Program-made: the position numbers and the translations under genes
Notes under the pieces: generated by a model
Databases searched by the model: none
Seen by the model: only the letters and a program-made list of their open reading frames with translations
What the model was told of the DNA's origin: nothing
Shown here: piece after piece, positions 13,020 through 25,339 of the stretch
Numbering within the stretch: position 1 is the first letter of the stretch
Layout of the letters: every line of letters begins with the position of its first letter
DNA from: Selaginella moellendorffii
Taxonomy: Eukaryota > Plantae > Lycopodiophyta
NCBI RefSeq assembly: GCF_000143415.4
Contig: NW_003314302.1
Span: 539,476-603,475 of the forward strand
DNA: 64,000 nucleotides
Direction: 5' to 3'

Positions 13020-14129
13020 TGTCGCGAATGTGACCTCGGGTATCAAAAGTTACCTGTTGATCAGTCCTTACGGACACTCTTACCTTACTGCCGCGATGGC
13101 AGGAGGTCGGTATTGCTGGACCCGTTATCAGTTCCCACTTGAGCACTTAGATTGGATAAATATAAGGTAGGAACCCTATGTGTTTTTTGCTGAGCATACT
13201 CGGCCTGGTTTGAGAAACTTGAGTCATTGGCTTGCACTTGCTAGTATCAAGAACCCCCGCGATATTGAGATTGGTCCCTCAACATCGCTAGATGATAGCT
13301 TACCGTGTCTGCCAAACACCCTCGCTATCATGCCCTTTGTGTTAGTCTCAATTCGTCCCAGATGCTATTTATGGAAAGTGTCTAGATTTGCTCATTTGGC
13401 ATATCTACGGAATGTAGAGTCGTCCTGAACACAATGGTGTTCGTCCCGTGTCCAATTTCACAATCTAGGGACATTCCATATTTAGTAAGTTTTGAGCTTG
13501 TCCCAGAGACTAACTCCTGATACTAAGGGAGGCTTGGGGTGAAAGCCCAAAGCGTGTGTTCCTCAAGGGGGGGGGGGGGGGGGGCTATGGGGGATTCCAA
13601 ATGTATAGTAGGGATAATGGGTAGGTCGGGCATGGCCGACCAACCTGAGGCATAGTCTAGCTCCCGCTTGCATGCCTGTCCTTGTTCTGCGTCCGACTTG
13701 GGTCTAAGCCCAAGTTCCATTCCATGCTAGCTGGTGGAGTACCCATGTCCTCACGTTAGGCCACCAGTATGCCGAAATAGCGCCAGACTCCATTTGGCTC
13801 CGTTTTGCATGCTGGTCCTGGCATTGGGATTCTTGTTGCTCTAGGACTGTTCCAAGTCGCTCCGGGCTCCTGTCCCTTCGCTCCTTGGGCTATATGCTCG
13901 GGAGTTGCTCCATGGTTCGGTTCCATCACTTCTTAGCTCCACGCTTGGGAGTTTGGCACCGTTCCTTTGTTCAGTGGCCCAAAGCCCTGAACCTTGGGTT
14001 CCACACCACGTTCCTTTGGACACGTGGCATGTGACACATGGCATCTGTCACATGGCACAAAGAGGGTTTAGGTTCCTTATCCTATGGTAAATCACCATAG
14101 GATAAAGGGTAAAAACCACGTGCGCTACA
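13020..14129 (+). repeat. 3' LTR of the nested family A element
   Basis: TG..CA ends, preceded by AAGGGGGGGAGAG, nearly identical to 8788-9833. Confidence 0.95.
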
Positions 14130-15459
14130 AAGTGTTAATCGATAAACCAACAAACTATAGCAAATGAATGCTATAACCCTTTCTAACACTAAGCAAATTT
14201 CAAGGAACCAAAGAACCAATTTAAGCTTAGTATAAGAGATCACAATTGAAAATTTAGTCAAAGCTACTTCAATGTTACTTCTTGCAAGTAGACTAGCTTC
14301 TCTATTAACCACTTTGGGGTTGATCATCATTTAATCAAGCAACTTTATAAACACATTGCTCATTATTACATGGATATGATATAAAATCATAATGACTTGA
14401 TTATTAATTGAGCAACACAATGAGCAAGCCTATATTATAACTTCAAAAGTTTACACGAGTATCAAGTGCTAACTTGATTAGACAAAATGTAACATAAATG
14501 CCATACCCCACCAATAGAGATTTACAACACCAAATACTACCAACTTTGTTCACAACATAGACAAGTTCATGCCACTCTCTTTCCGACCAAACTCAAAACT
14601 AATCCAACATCAATCTATTTAATGAGCAATAATAAAGTTCCCCGGAAAAGAGTTGAGCATTGTAACCCAAATCTTTAATAACAAGCCTAGACAAAATGGT
14701 ATAATACTTCATCACTATCCATCCCATGACTCATCACTGGTAAGACTATTATACCTAACATGCATCAAGATAGGGACTCTTAATTGCATGATGTGAACAC
14801 GAGCAATGAGTCACACCTCATTGCAAATTATCTCTCTAAGAAGAAAAGATGATTTATATGTTTAATTCTTTGTCCTTGACAACTCTCTTTTCGGTCTCAT
14901 CTTTAACCAAACCTCAAGCTTGCTTTTGCATTGCCTTTAGTCCAATCCAAGAAAAGTTTATAAGAGAGCACAACAATGACTATTGGAACCAATAAACTAA
15001 TCCCTATAGTCTTGATTGATTCACTTATAATCATGCATAGGAAGGATCTACTAGTGTTGTGCTAAACGGCTACGAACTAGTTTATTTGCCACTCATAACA
15101 AACCCAAGGGAGGTTTACTTTTTCCTACGGTATATGGAAAAACTCATGGAACCACCGATAACCTAATATTAATCTTGCCACTTCAAAGTGTAACCTTGAG
15201 TTGCTAATGTGCCTCACTCACAAGCCCAAGTGTAAACTCGTATAAACAGAACACCTCAATCCATCTTATGAGCCCAAGAGCAAGCTCATATAATCTAGTA
15301 TGAAAAGGTAACCAAAATCCATACCCAATGAATGATTGCGAAGTCTTTGCACCCAATATGTACCACTCGGATCATCATTTTCATCTCTACATATGTAATA
15401 AGATTAGTTGCCTAATCTTATTGGATAATACTTGTTAAGATGTATCCTCTAACACCAAA

Positions 15460-16533
15460 TGTAATGCACGTGGTTTTTACCCTTTATCCTATGATGATTT
15501 ACTATAGAATACCACAAAGTGGAACTTAAACGCTCTATGTGCCACATGTTATATGCCATGTGCCACATGCCATGTGTCCAAAGGACAGTGGTGTGAAACC
15601 CAAATTTCAAGGCCTTGGGCCATTGAACGAAGGTACGAAGCTAAACCTCTAAGCATGGAGCCAAGGAGTAATGAAATTGAACCATGGAGCAACTCCTGAG
15701 CATATAGCTCAAAGAGTGAAAGGATAGGAGTATGGAGCGACTCAGAACAATCCTAGAGCATTTAGCATTTTAATGCCAAGACTAGCACGCAAAATAGAGC
15801 CAAACGGAGTCTAGTGCTATTTCAGCATACTAGTGGCCTAACGCAAGGATATATGTACTCCACCAACTAGCTTGGTATGGAACTTAATCTTGGACCCAAG
15901 CCACACGTAGAACAAGGACAAGCACGCAAGCAAGAACTAAACTATGCCTCAAGTTGGTCAACCATGCCTAACATACCCACTATCCCTACTATATATTTGG
16001 ACCCCCTATAACCCTGCCCCCCCCCCCCCCTAAGGAACACATGCTTTGGGCTTTCACCCCAAGCCTCCCTTAGTACTAGGAGTTAGTCTTTGGGACAAGC
16101 TCGAAACTTACTAAATATAGAATATCCCTAGATTGAGAATTTGGACATGGGACGAACACCATTGTGTTTATGTCAATCTCTACATTCCGTAAATATGCCA
16201 AATGAGCAAATCTAGACACTTTCCATAATTAGCATTTGGGACCGAAATGAGACTAACATAAAGGGCATGATAGTGAGGGTGTTTGGCAAACACAATAAGT
16301 TATCATTTAGCAATATTAAGGGACTAGTCTCAATACATAAGGGTTTTTGTTACTAGCCAATACAAGATACAATGAGACGGGAACTCCCTACCGGGCTAAA
16401 TATGCTTAGCTAATAGCATGTAAGAATTTCATCCTAGCAATACTGACCTCCTGATGTTGTGGCAGTAAGGAAAGAATATCCAAAAGGACTAGCTAACAAA
16501 TAACTTTCAATACCCAAAGTCACATTCGTGACA
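15460..16533 (-). repeat. 5' LTR of the 2906-16533 element
   Basis: Direct repeat of 2906-4044, flanked by the PBS and TSD. Confidence 0.9.
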
Positions 16534-17639
16534 ATCTTGGCACTTTGATTAAAAATCCAAAAACTCAAATCTCCTTGGACTTGGAATTCTATAAATTCCA
16601 TTGTTGTTTGCCCTTGCACGAATTGGAAAGAAGAAACTTTGAGCATGCAATGATACTAGTGTTATTGCAGATTATAACCTCCAACGAAATAGAGCCAAAA
16701 TGAAGATAAAATTGCCAATATAAAAAAGATTCAAAAACAATACTCTAAGAGAATAAAAGTGGTGGGTGATCTTAAAAAATGTAAAAGAAACCTTTCTATC
16801 CTTCTCAATAGGTTTTGGAGTTCTTAATCTCTCTTTATGAAACATAGGAAAGAAAATCACAGTGAAACATAAATTGAAATTTAGAGAGAGCAATAAGAAG
16901 AATATCAACAATATACAAAATGAATTTAAATCTTACAACATATAAAATATGTGCAAGTGTGACAATTTTAATGTTTAATGTATGCATACACATAGATCTA
17001 AAGATTTCAGCACCTAAAGTTTGATAGTCCATAATGATGTTAGTAATGACATTTTGCTATGGCATGTAGATGCAAGATATCTGATTCGATTGTTAGTACA
17101 TGTGAAGTGTTAGATTGTCAAATCTTAATTACTAAGTGATGATAAATCTTGTCAAATCTTAAGTGCTAAGTAATGATAATTCTTCAATGACAAACTCGAT
17201 TCTCAGTACAAGTCAAGTTTTATCCATAATTGTCAATGATATTTAAAGCAGGTACCTATAGTTTAAGTTCTAATACAACACGAAATAAATTTATAGATGA
17301 GAATTCATCCATTCATAGATTAATATAGTACAACATATTTAATATGGTAATGCAACATGCCTTATTTAAAATCTTTAAAGTTCTTATAACAAATCCAAAA
17401 AATATACAAAATATTGATGAGAATACATCCTTTCCATATAATTAGTAAAAGATAATATCATATCTCTAATAACTTAAGAATTTTCAATGCTATTTATATT
17501 GTTATTAAAATATACAAAATAGAGAACCATAAATTCACATATAATAATAATGATAAGATAAAATAAGATCAATGATATAGTGATGGTGATAATTAAACAA
17601 ACAACTAAGATTTAAGTTATTTGGAATGAACTGCTAGGA

Positions 17640-17910
17640 TGAGAGATTGGTTAGGGTTAGGGTAGCCATCAAGATTAGGGTTAGGGTAGCTACCTAAGTT
17701 GACTGCATGAGTTGAGATTAAGAGTGTGAGAGATGGAGAGATCAAGGGTGTGAGAGATCGAGAGCACAAGAGATAGAGAGATCGAGAGCATGAGAGATAA
17801 AGAGATCGAGAGCACAAGAGATTGAGAGATCGAGAGTGTAAGAGATTGAGTATTAGAGATCGAGTGTGAGAGTTGAGATTGAGAAATTGAGTGTGGGAGA
17901 GAAGAAGAGA
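17640..17910. repeat. GA-rich degenerate tandem repeat with two TTAGGGTTAGGGTAGC units
   Basis: Repeated GAGATCGAGAGCACAA-like units. Confidence 0.8.
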
Positions 17911-17999
17911 TTAACAGCAATAAAGATTTAGTACACAAGTGGGAAGCTGAGTAACAATACCATTGTAAGCAATAAAAAAAAACAACTCAAGAAATAATC

Positions 18000-20220
18000 C
18001 ATAGGGGTTCAAATATAAAGGGAAAGAGTCCATAAATAAAAGTGCATTTCTTTTTCCAATCAGTTAAGGGTCTTGGGATACTTGGGGTTAAAAAACCTTA
18101 GGTTTGAATAGTACTAAATTAAGTGATCTCATGGAAAGTTTAAGCTCAAGAGTTTATATTTAGTATTAAAGGGGTCTTGGGTCCAACTTTATTGATTGGC
18201 TAAAAGAATCATATCACATATTCAGATTCACATCTTGCAAATTTAATTTGCCTCCAATTGGGCTCAACATAATGAGTAAGGTGTTAAAAGAGTTATGGCT
18301 CTTACTTCCATTCACAAGGGTGTGAATTTTCAAGAAAGCATGATAGATTGTAAACAACTAAAAAAATTAACTCTATAAAGGTTCAAATATAAGAGAAAGA
18401 GTTTATAAACAAGAGTGCACCTTTTTTTCAATCAATAACCTCCCAAAATGTCTAAACTTAATAATTTACTACCACCAAGGGTGAGTTTCTTCCATTTAAT
18501 TGCTTCTATATTATGTTTCTTCCATGTTCTTCTAGGCTTTTTTTTCTTGCTCCTCCTTATTCTTTAGCAACTACCATGCATTTTCACCAATAACCATAAT
18601 TGGCCACCTTAGGCATTTTTTCTAGCCACCTAAGGCACTTTGCAACACAAGGGACCAATGTTATTTAAATAACCTCAACCTTCCAGGCTTAGAAAATGCT
18701 TGAGGTCAAGCTCAAGCTAGCCACCTAGAGGGTGGGAAGGTTATTTAAATAACCTCAAATCCCTAAGTTGCAAAAGTGCTCAAAGTTGAGCTCAAGCTAG
18801 CCAACTTGTGCACTTTTTGTGCCTGGGGGGCCAAAATTATTTAAATACCCTTAACCATCCCGGCTATGAAAGTGTCTGATGTTGAGCTTAGGCCAGCCAT
18901 CTTAGGCACTTTTTATTGTTATGTGGAGGTGAAGGTGAAATATTGGTAGAACTTGGGGATGGAGGTGGAGATTGATATGAAATATTAGGGGTCTAAATAT
19001 AAATAGTAATGACTTTCCCTCTAGCCATTTTATAAAAAAAAAATTTAAAGAGCTAAAGGACACCATAAAAACTACAACAACTGTAACTTTTCTATATACT
19101 AATTTTTAGTCTTGGGAATGAGGTTTATTTAATATGCACTGACAATATTCAGATTCTTGAAATGTCAGTCTCAAAAATAGGGCTTCATAATCATAGCTTG
19201 CTTGTAAACATAAGAGCTTCTAGAATTTTATATTATCATATATATATATATGCTCTATCATTCTAATGAAAACGTACTCTACTATATATATATATATATA
19301 TAGATAGATAGATATTTATGTATGTATGTATGTATGTATGTATATTCTTACATTTCTTTGCACTATAACTTTTACTTATAGATCTTTTGTTTCTATGCTT
19401 CCTATTTTCTCAAGAACTTTAGAAAAATCTTTCAAATGAAAGAATAATATATAAATATATATTGTCTTGGCCAATATAAACTAATAATGTTTAGTTGTTA
19501 AAATGTTTTTAAAACTAAGAAAACCAAAATGTGGCAATTGTAAAAGTAGTTCATAGTAAAATAATATAGCTATAAAAAAGATAGATTCTCATAAACTTTA
19601 ATTTTTCTAAAGGACTCAATCTTATAGAAATATTTCACCCATGTACTTGCATGTTTTAATATTTTAAAGTTCATCAAAACTTTCATTTCTTCAATTTATA
19701 TTTCTTTTTAAAATTTCTAGTTGACTGCGTTGACTTGAGTTTACTTGTGTTGAGTTAAACTCAACTCAAGTTTGGACCACCTTTGCCCTTTCCCTCTATA
19801 TTAAAACCTTAATTCATTCTAATTGTGGAGATGACCTCAAACTAAACTATCATATGTCAATCTCAACATGCCTCAACCTGAAATTAAACCCTAAATATCT
19901 TAAGACCCTTAACCAATTGGAAAAATGGAGCCTTTTCCATTTATATTAAAACTCTAATGGATCAAAGTAAACTAGACCATTAGATATTAATTTCAATATG
20001 ATTTCTTTAGCTAACTTTAATATATAGTGTGATTCCTTTAGTTAACTCTAAATTTCAACATATGGTATGGCCTCTTATGATACTAAATATAAACCTTTGA
20101 ATCTAGATTAGTTATCCAACCCAACACTATTCAAACTAAAACTAAAAAATATCTAACCTCAAATATCCCAAAACTCTTACCTAATGGGTTTTATAAGCTT
20201 TATATTGAAACGTTAATGGA
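18000..20220. repeat. AT-rich dispersed repeat in both orientations (possible DNA-transposon remnant)
   Basis: 18000-18170 matches the reverse complement of ~19880-19960 and ~20095-20190, and matches 51780-51945 directly. There are ~85-bp degenerate units at 18600-18910. Confidence 0.55.
19238..19345. repeat. Compound microsatellite (TA)n, (TAGA)n, (TATG)n
   Basis: Seen directly. Confidence 0.95.
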
Positions 20221-20939
20221 TTGTCTCTCTTTGGTTATTTACACCTTAATTTTAACTAGTTTTACTTCATAGAAATATCTATTCTAGAATGATACCATGT
20301 TATTGTTTGTTTTATTATACTATAAAATATATTCTCAAAATCTTTAACTCCAAAATTGCATTCAATCTAGATTGAAGCTTTCCATCTCACCCTTTTCACA
20401 TCCAATTCTTTATTCTGCCCAAAAAAAGAGTGTTATTAGTGATAAAGTAGAGTTAAGTATTAATTTTATACCTATATTTTAAATTTGTCATGGGTTTTAT
20501 ATTTCAAAGGAGGTCTTTCAAGCTGTTCTCTGTGAACTCTTTTTTGTTATCAGATTGTAGCAACATATCCACCACATAGTCCTTTAGTATAGACTGTTGA
20601 ATAGACTTTGGAGTTGTAACACTTTTCTTCCTAGCCCCTGTAGTAACAACAACTTTCAAATTGCGAAAAGAATCACGATAGATTCCTTTCTCTATTGCGT
20701 GTTGGTGATATCCAACATGCACTACTGCTCTACCTAAACATCCATCCCGTGAAAATAATACATTTTCACATCGCAATATGCTTAATACACAGGTGTTGCC
20801 CCGCATTTGCGACATCTAAACCGTATAGCAACCTCACCATGCCTAGGGGGATTGATCGTTGAGCCTTTAAAGAAACATATATTCTTACCATGATCAGAAA
20901 TGCATTTCTCAGTGATACATTGAAGCTATCCACCACAAT

Positions 20940-21331
20940 TGTTAGGATCTTATCCCTTACACCCTAAGCCAACTGGCTAAAGGGGTGATCACTTGATTGT
21001 AGGGCCCTTTCTTTATCCTATTATCTTGACTTGGTGCCTAACAATCCTCCCCTTGTCAGGGAATGATCGTCCATAATCATACTTAGGCTACCCTCTAGTC
21101 ACCATGGTTTTTCTCTTAGGGTCTACCAAACCTTGGTTCTCCCTCTAGATCCACCATATTGAATATTCCTTCAGAATATTCTTGCCCCACTTGTCAGCCA
21201 CGAGAAACGAATTGGGCTCTGATACCAATGTTAAGATAATAGGATAAAGAAAGGGCCTTGCAATCAAGTGATCACCCCTTTAGCCAGTTGGCTTAGGGTG
21301 CATGGGATAGGATCCTAACATTGGTATCAGA
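20940..21331. mobile_element. TRIM-like miniature LTR element, rearranged
   Basis: 104-bp TG..CA repeat at 20940-21043, then reverse PPT, a ~170-bp internal part and reverse PBS GCTCTGATACCA at 21216-21227. The second LTR copy (21229-21320) is inverted and followed by TGGTATCAGA. Confidence 0.8.
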
Positions 21332-22250
21332 AAACTCGTCAAGTACATCCCGTATTGCTACTTCTCCCCCACATGTGCCTTGGTCCCCCAAGTCACGAAC
21401 AAACAGCAAATAACTCGAAAGTGCTTTTCCATTTCGACAAGCCCACTTCAAAAATGTAGTAGAGAGCATAACAACTGGTGGTTGAATGCCCTCGCCAAAC
21501 CATACATTTTTAACGCCACTATACTCTAGCGAGATATGCTTAATACTCCACTTTATCGCTGGATCCACCTTCACCAACCATGACATCCCAAGAATGAGAT
21601 CTACACGATGGATATCCGCGAAATAAAAAGTCTCCACAAGTGTGGTTTTGCCAACCAACACTTCCAGCCCCTCAACACAAGCATCGAAATGCTGAGTAGA
21701 GGTAACTGCACCTTCCATTGTGTATGGAAGAACTCCGTGTGTGACCAGGCCATGCTCCGCAACAAACTTTGCCGAAACAAAGTTGTCATCACTCCCACTA
21801 TCTAGTAAAATCCACATTGGATCACCACAGTACACGTCCTCCAGCATTCAAGCTGATTCACCCATATCTTCGAGCTCCATCTTGTTCCACACACAGTTGA
21901 GTTGACGAGCAACGATTGAAAGTCTCTTCCTCCAACCGGAATGGTCGTTTTCATCATCCTCATGCTGCAAAGTTTGCAACTTTTTAGTATCTAGCTTACT
22001 GTGAGTAGAAGATTGGCCATTCTTCTTGTCTTGCTGCTTTTTCTTCAACTACGGATAATCAGCCTTATAGTGTTCAAGTTGGCCACAATAATGACAACCC
22101 TGTTTATAATTCTTCACAAAGAACTTCTGCTTCTTGGACCCCTTTGCATCCAAAGTAATCACCACCGACTTCAACTTGTGATATTTGTTCCCATCCTTGT
22201 GTCCACGGCGATTATCACGATGATTCTCGACAGAAAGACTCCATGAACAC
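21325..22250 (-). pseudogene. Ty3/gypsy gag-protease relic
   Basis: LLDSGSDDNFVS aspartic protease site, DLILGMSWL, DVLDEFSD. Confidence 0.85.
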
Positions 22251-22279
22251 TTGTGAGACTTTGAAGAGTGAGGTAGGTA

Positions 22280-22760
22280 GAATATACCTGTATACTCTAG
22301 GATATTCTACCATTGAATAGTTGTTATTCATTTCTTGTATTTATAATTTATAAACATGTTTATAATTTATAAACTTACCTAAACACTTCCTAGAATTTTC
22401 TAAATTATTGATATGTAATAAGATTAATCTTGTGTTTATAAATTATAAATATTTTTATAATTATAAAGTTCCAATTAATTGATTGGATTAATAATAATAA
22501 ACACTACTATTAAGCACACCTAACAAATCATTACTTCAGCAAGTTTTTAGAGATGGTAGTGGATATACCTAGAATATCTTTGGATATTTAGGGACATTTT
22601 AACATCTAACAGTTGATTTACAATTTATAAATATGTTTATTTTTTTAGCACTTCCTAGTATATTCTAGTTGTGTTAATAATTGATCAATTGGATTAATAT
22701 ATAATACTAACACTACTATTAAGCAAACCAAACAATGAAATGAACAGAATTTTTTTATTA
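22280..22760. repeat. AT-rich interspersed repeat, with an inverted second copy at ~45890-46330
   Basis: Shared units TTTATAATTTATAAACATG and CTAGAATAT in opposite orientation. Confidence 0.6.
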
Positions 22761-22769
22761 TATAATCAA

Positions 22770-25085
22770 ATACTTCAAGTCGCCTACTCTCCTGAAGTCT
22801 TGTCATCCATGCACTAGAAATCTCAAAACCAAAAATCAATGAAGACAACACTTTAATACCACAATGCGCCTATGCACCAATGCTCCAACTTGGCACTCTC
22901 CTATCACAAGAGCGACTGTGTCAGTGCTCGTTGCATAGGTACATTCCTTAAGGTCTTGTTCAGTAGCCTCAAGCAAGTTGCTTCCTCCATGGAGGTATGA
23001 GCAATACATCAAGCTCTCCAAAGCCTTTGGATCTGCAGTTCCAAGACTACCAAAGTCATGGTGTCTTTGCCAAGTGTATAGGGTTCGAAGCACTGGTTCC
23101 GTCACATCCTTGCACAGTACTATTGTTGCCTTTGCCAAGTGATGCTCCACATAGTGTCTCATAGCGCCTACATGACCAGTTTACCAGGAAGGTTTAAGAG
23201 AGAACTTCCAAATTATGGGACTTGATCGACCTGGAAAATCAGCACTATAGTAATCTGGCACCATGTAGTCGTAGCTGTCCTCCCAAAAGTTTTCAACGTT
23301 GCTCCAGATGTCACTACACTTCCAGGATCGCAACTCCTGCAACATAAGGTTAAGAGGACATCGAAGAAAAAAAGAGAATGTATTGCACAACCTCCACAAA
23401 ATGTCTAACCACATGACTTGCGCCGCCATCCTCGCTAGATTCATCCTCGCCAAGGAGTGGCCTCAAAAGGTGGTATCTTCCTGCAGCTGCATGGCAGCGC
23501 ATTTGCTCCAGGATCTCCATGTTTATATAGCTCGAGTTACTGCAGTCTATGTCTTCCATGCTCACCACAGCCACAAAGTTGCAAAGCTCTTGTCTCACTT
23601 GAGATTTCGGAGGCGCTCGGGGACACTCCGCATCCATATCTTGTATCGGTCCCGAGCTTGTTCGAGCGCTAAAAACCCATGGCTGCTCATGATCAAAGTT
23701 GATCGCACCTCCTGCAGGAGCGACAGGTTCTTGCATGGCGGCCATCCCATCAGGGTGTAGTCCTTGCTGATCTGATCGACCATGAGCTTGTGCTTGAACT
23801 GGCCGCCGCAGCAGCGCAGCCACGAGTGGAAGAGCCGAGCCATGATCACCGTTGTTTCACTGCACTCGAGCTCCAAAACCGACGAGTGGACCTCCATTTT
23901 GGTGACGAGCTCATTGAAGCCTCTGCTCGCGATCGTCACTAAGGGACGGCCAACTTGAAAATCACCATCTGCAGCCTTTACGTCTTGCATCCAAACGAGC
24001 TCTATTTTGTTAGTGAAAGCTGAAAGAAACAATGGAGCTAGCAATAACTTGAATGAGCTTCTGGATGAGTGATGCTGGCAGGCTTGGTATATCCTGAATG
24101 GCAGCGCTTGATGTATCGTCCCCATCCGAAACCAAAGCCAGCTCTCCAGCTGCTCCAGACCGGCCGAGGAGAGTGGCTTCATGACATTCTGCTTGTTCGA
24201 GTTGAGAGCAAACACTATTGCCAGGTCCACTGGCAGCTCCTCCGCAAGCTGTGGCGGCATGGGCAGCTTCATCGGCCCCTGTCGATCCGCATCGCTGATG
24301 CTGGTATGACGGAGGATGTACTTGAGCACCTCCACGGCTTGATTGAAAGCGCTCAGGCTTCGCCAAGAGCCACGTATAGAAAAGCTGGCAGAGAGGCTCC
24401 GTCACTCGAACACATCGTCGCGAGAGACCTCGACGAGCTCGTGTTGCGAGCTCACAGGATCGTGAAGCTTCAACTGGCGATGCATCTCACAAAGTCCTGG
24501 ATCACGTTCAAGCGTCGAGAAATGGAGAGAGCTGGCACTAGAACTTACGTAAATCGATTGCCTCTCGGTCGACGACGATAGTCCCGCTCTCATTCTGCCT
24601 CTTGAGGCCCTACAATCTGGTTTAGATCGAAGAAAGAAAGAGATCTTCCAGCTTACATATCGGAATTCGCCCAGCCAGCTATCGAGCATTGGCCTGTTCC
24701 AAAGGAAAGAATCCAGTTGATCCCACCCGACTGCCATAGGAGCATCCTCGACCTCGGAGTAGCGGCAAAGATCCAGCGCCAGAGCAACGAAAGAAGCGCC
24801 GAAGAACTCAAAGTGCTCGGTGGACACTGATTCCCAAACATCGTAACGCGCCTTGTCGAGAGTGATGCGAGCCCCGGCCGATGATGTGGAGAGCGCGAAG
24901 TGGCGGAGCTCGTCCAAGAGGCTTGGATACAGCGGCGCGATCCAGAGAGCATGGACATCCTCCTGGAATATCTTGCCGCCATAGCCGCGCAACCACGAGA
25001 AGAAGAGGCGAATGAGATTGACTTCGATCCAGAAGAGCTTGCGCCTCTCGCGCTCGCGCATCAGCACCAATCCCCCGTCCTCCAT
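22770..25085 (-). pseudogene. Uncharacterised protein with an internally duplicated domain, broken reading frame
   Basis: Consecutive GC-rich minus-strand ORFs (24402-25085, 23595-24335, 23181-23453, 22836-23162). Two related blocks RLF.SWLR..GG...SLL.E.R...RY..W. Confidence 0.55.
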
Positions 25086-25119
25086 CGTCCGCGCTAGAGC
25101 GAGAGAGAAATTCGTCCTA

Positions 25120-25290
25120 ATAACGCCGTTCGATGGTATCGAACGGTGGAGGTAGCACAAGCACAAACCGTTGGATTCCATCGGACGGTAGAAAGTGGTG
25201 TTTCAAATGGAGCCGTTGGATGGTATCCGACGGTGGGCAGCGGATGTCAAACACAAACCGTTGGATTCCATCCGACGGTGCTCCTTGCTC
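25120..25290. promoter_or_regulatory. Repeated CCGTTGGAT/AACGG motifs between divergent gene-like regions
   Basis: ACAAACCGTTGGATTCCATC occurs twice, with several CCGTT/GACGG cores. Confidence 0.35.
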
Positions 25291-25339
25291 AAAGAATCCG
25301 CGGGAGAAATATTCATCGCACAAGACCTAGCTTGGCAGC

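Larger units (their letters stand above)
7653..14129 (+). mobile_element. Non-autonomous family A LTR element, younger copy nested in opposite orientation
   Basis: 5' LTR starts TGTCGCGAATG at 7653 and ends at 9833. PBS at 9836-9846, PPT at 13007-13019, 3' LTR at 13020-14129. TSD AAGTG at 7648-7652 and 14130-14134. Confidence 0.92.
2906..16533 (-). mobile_element. Non-autonomous (LARD-like) family A LTR element, older copy, interrupted by a nested copy
   Basis: TG..CA LTRs at 2906-4044 and 15460-16533. Reverse PPT CTCTCCCCCCCTT from 4045, degenerate reverse PBS at ~15447-15457, TSD ATCTT at 2901-2905 and 16534-16538. No long internal ORF. Confidence 0.9.

Noticed and set aside
17650-17690. 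Telomere
   Set aside because: Only two pairs of TTAGGG units within a degenerate interstitial repeat.
20504-20815. 103-aa ORF as a possible transposase fragment
   Set aside because: No diagnostic motif recognised, so it is too weak to call.
20940-21320. Cassandra element
   Set aside because: No recognisable 5S rRNA A/C-box segment in the short LTRs.
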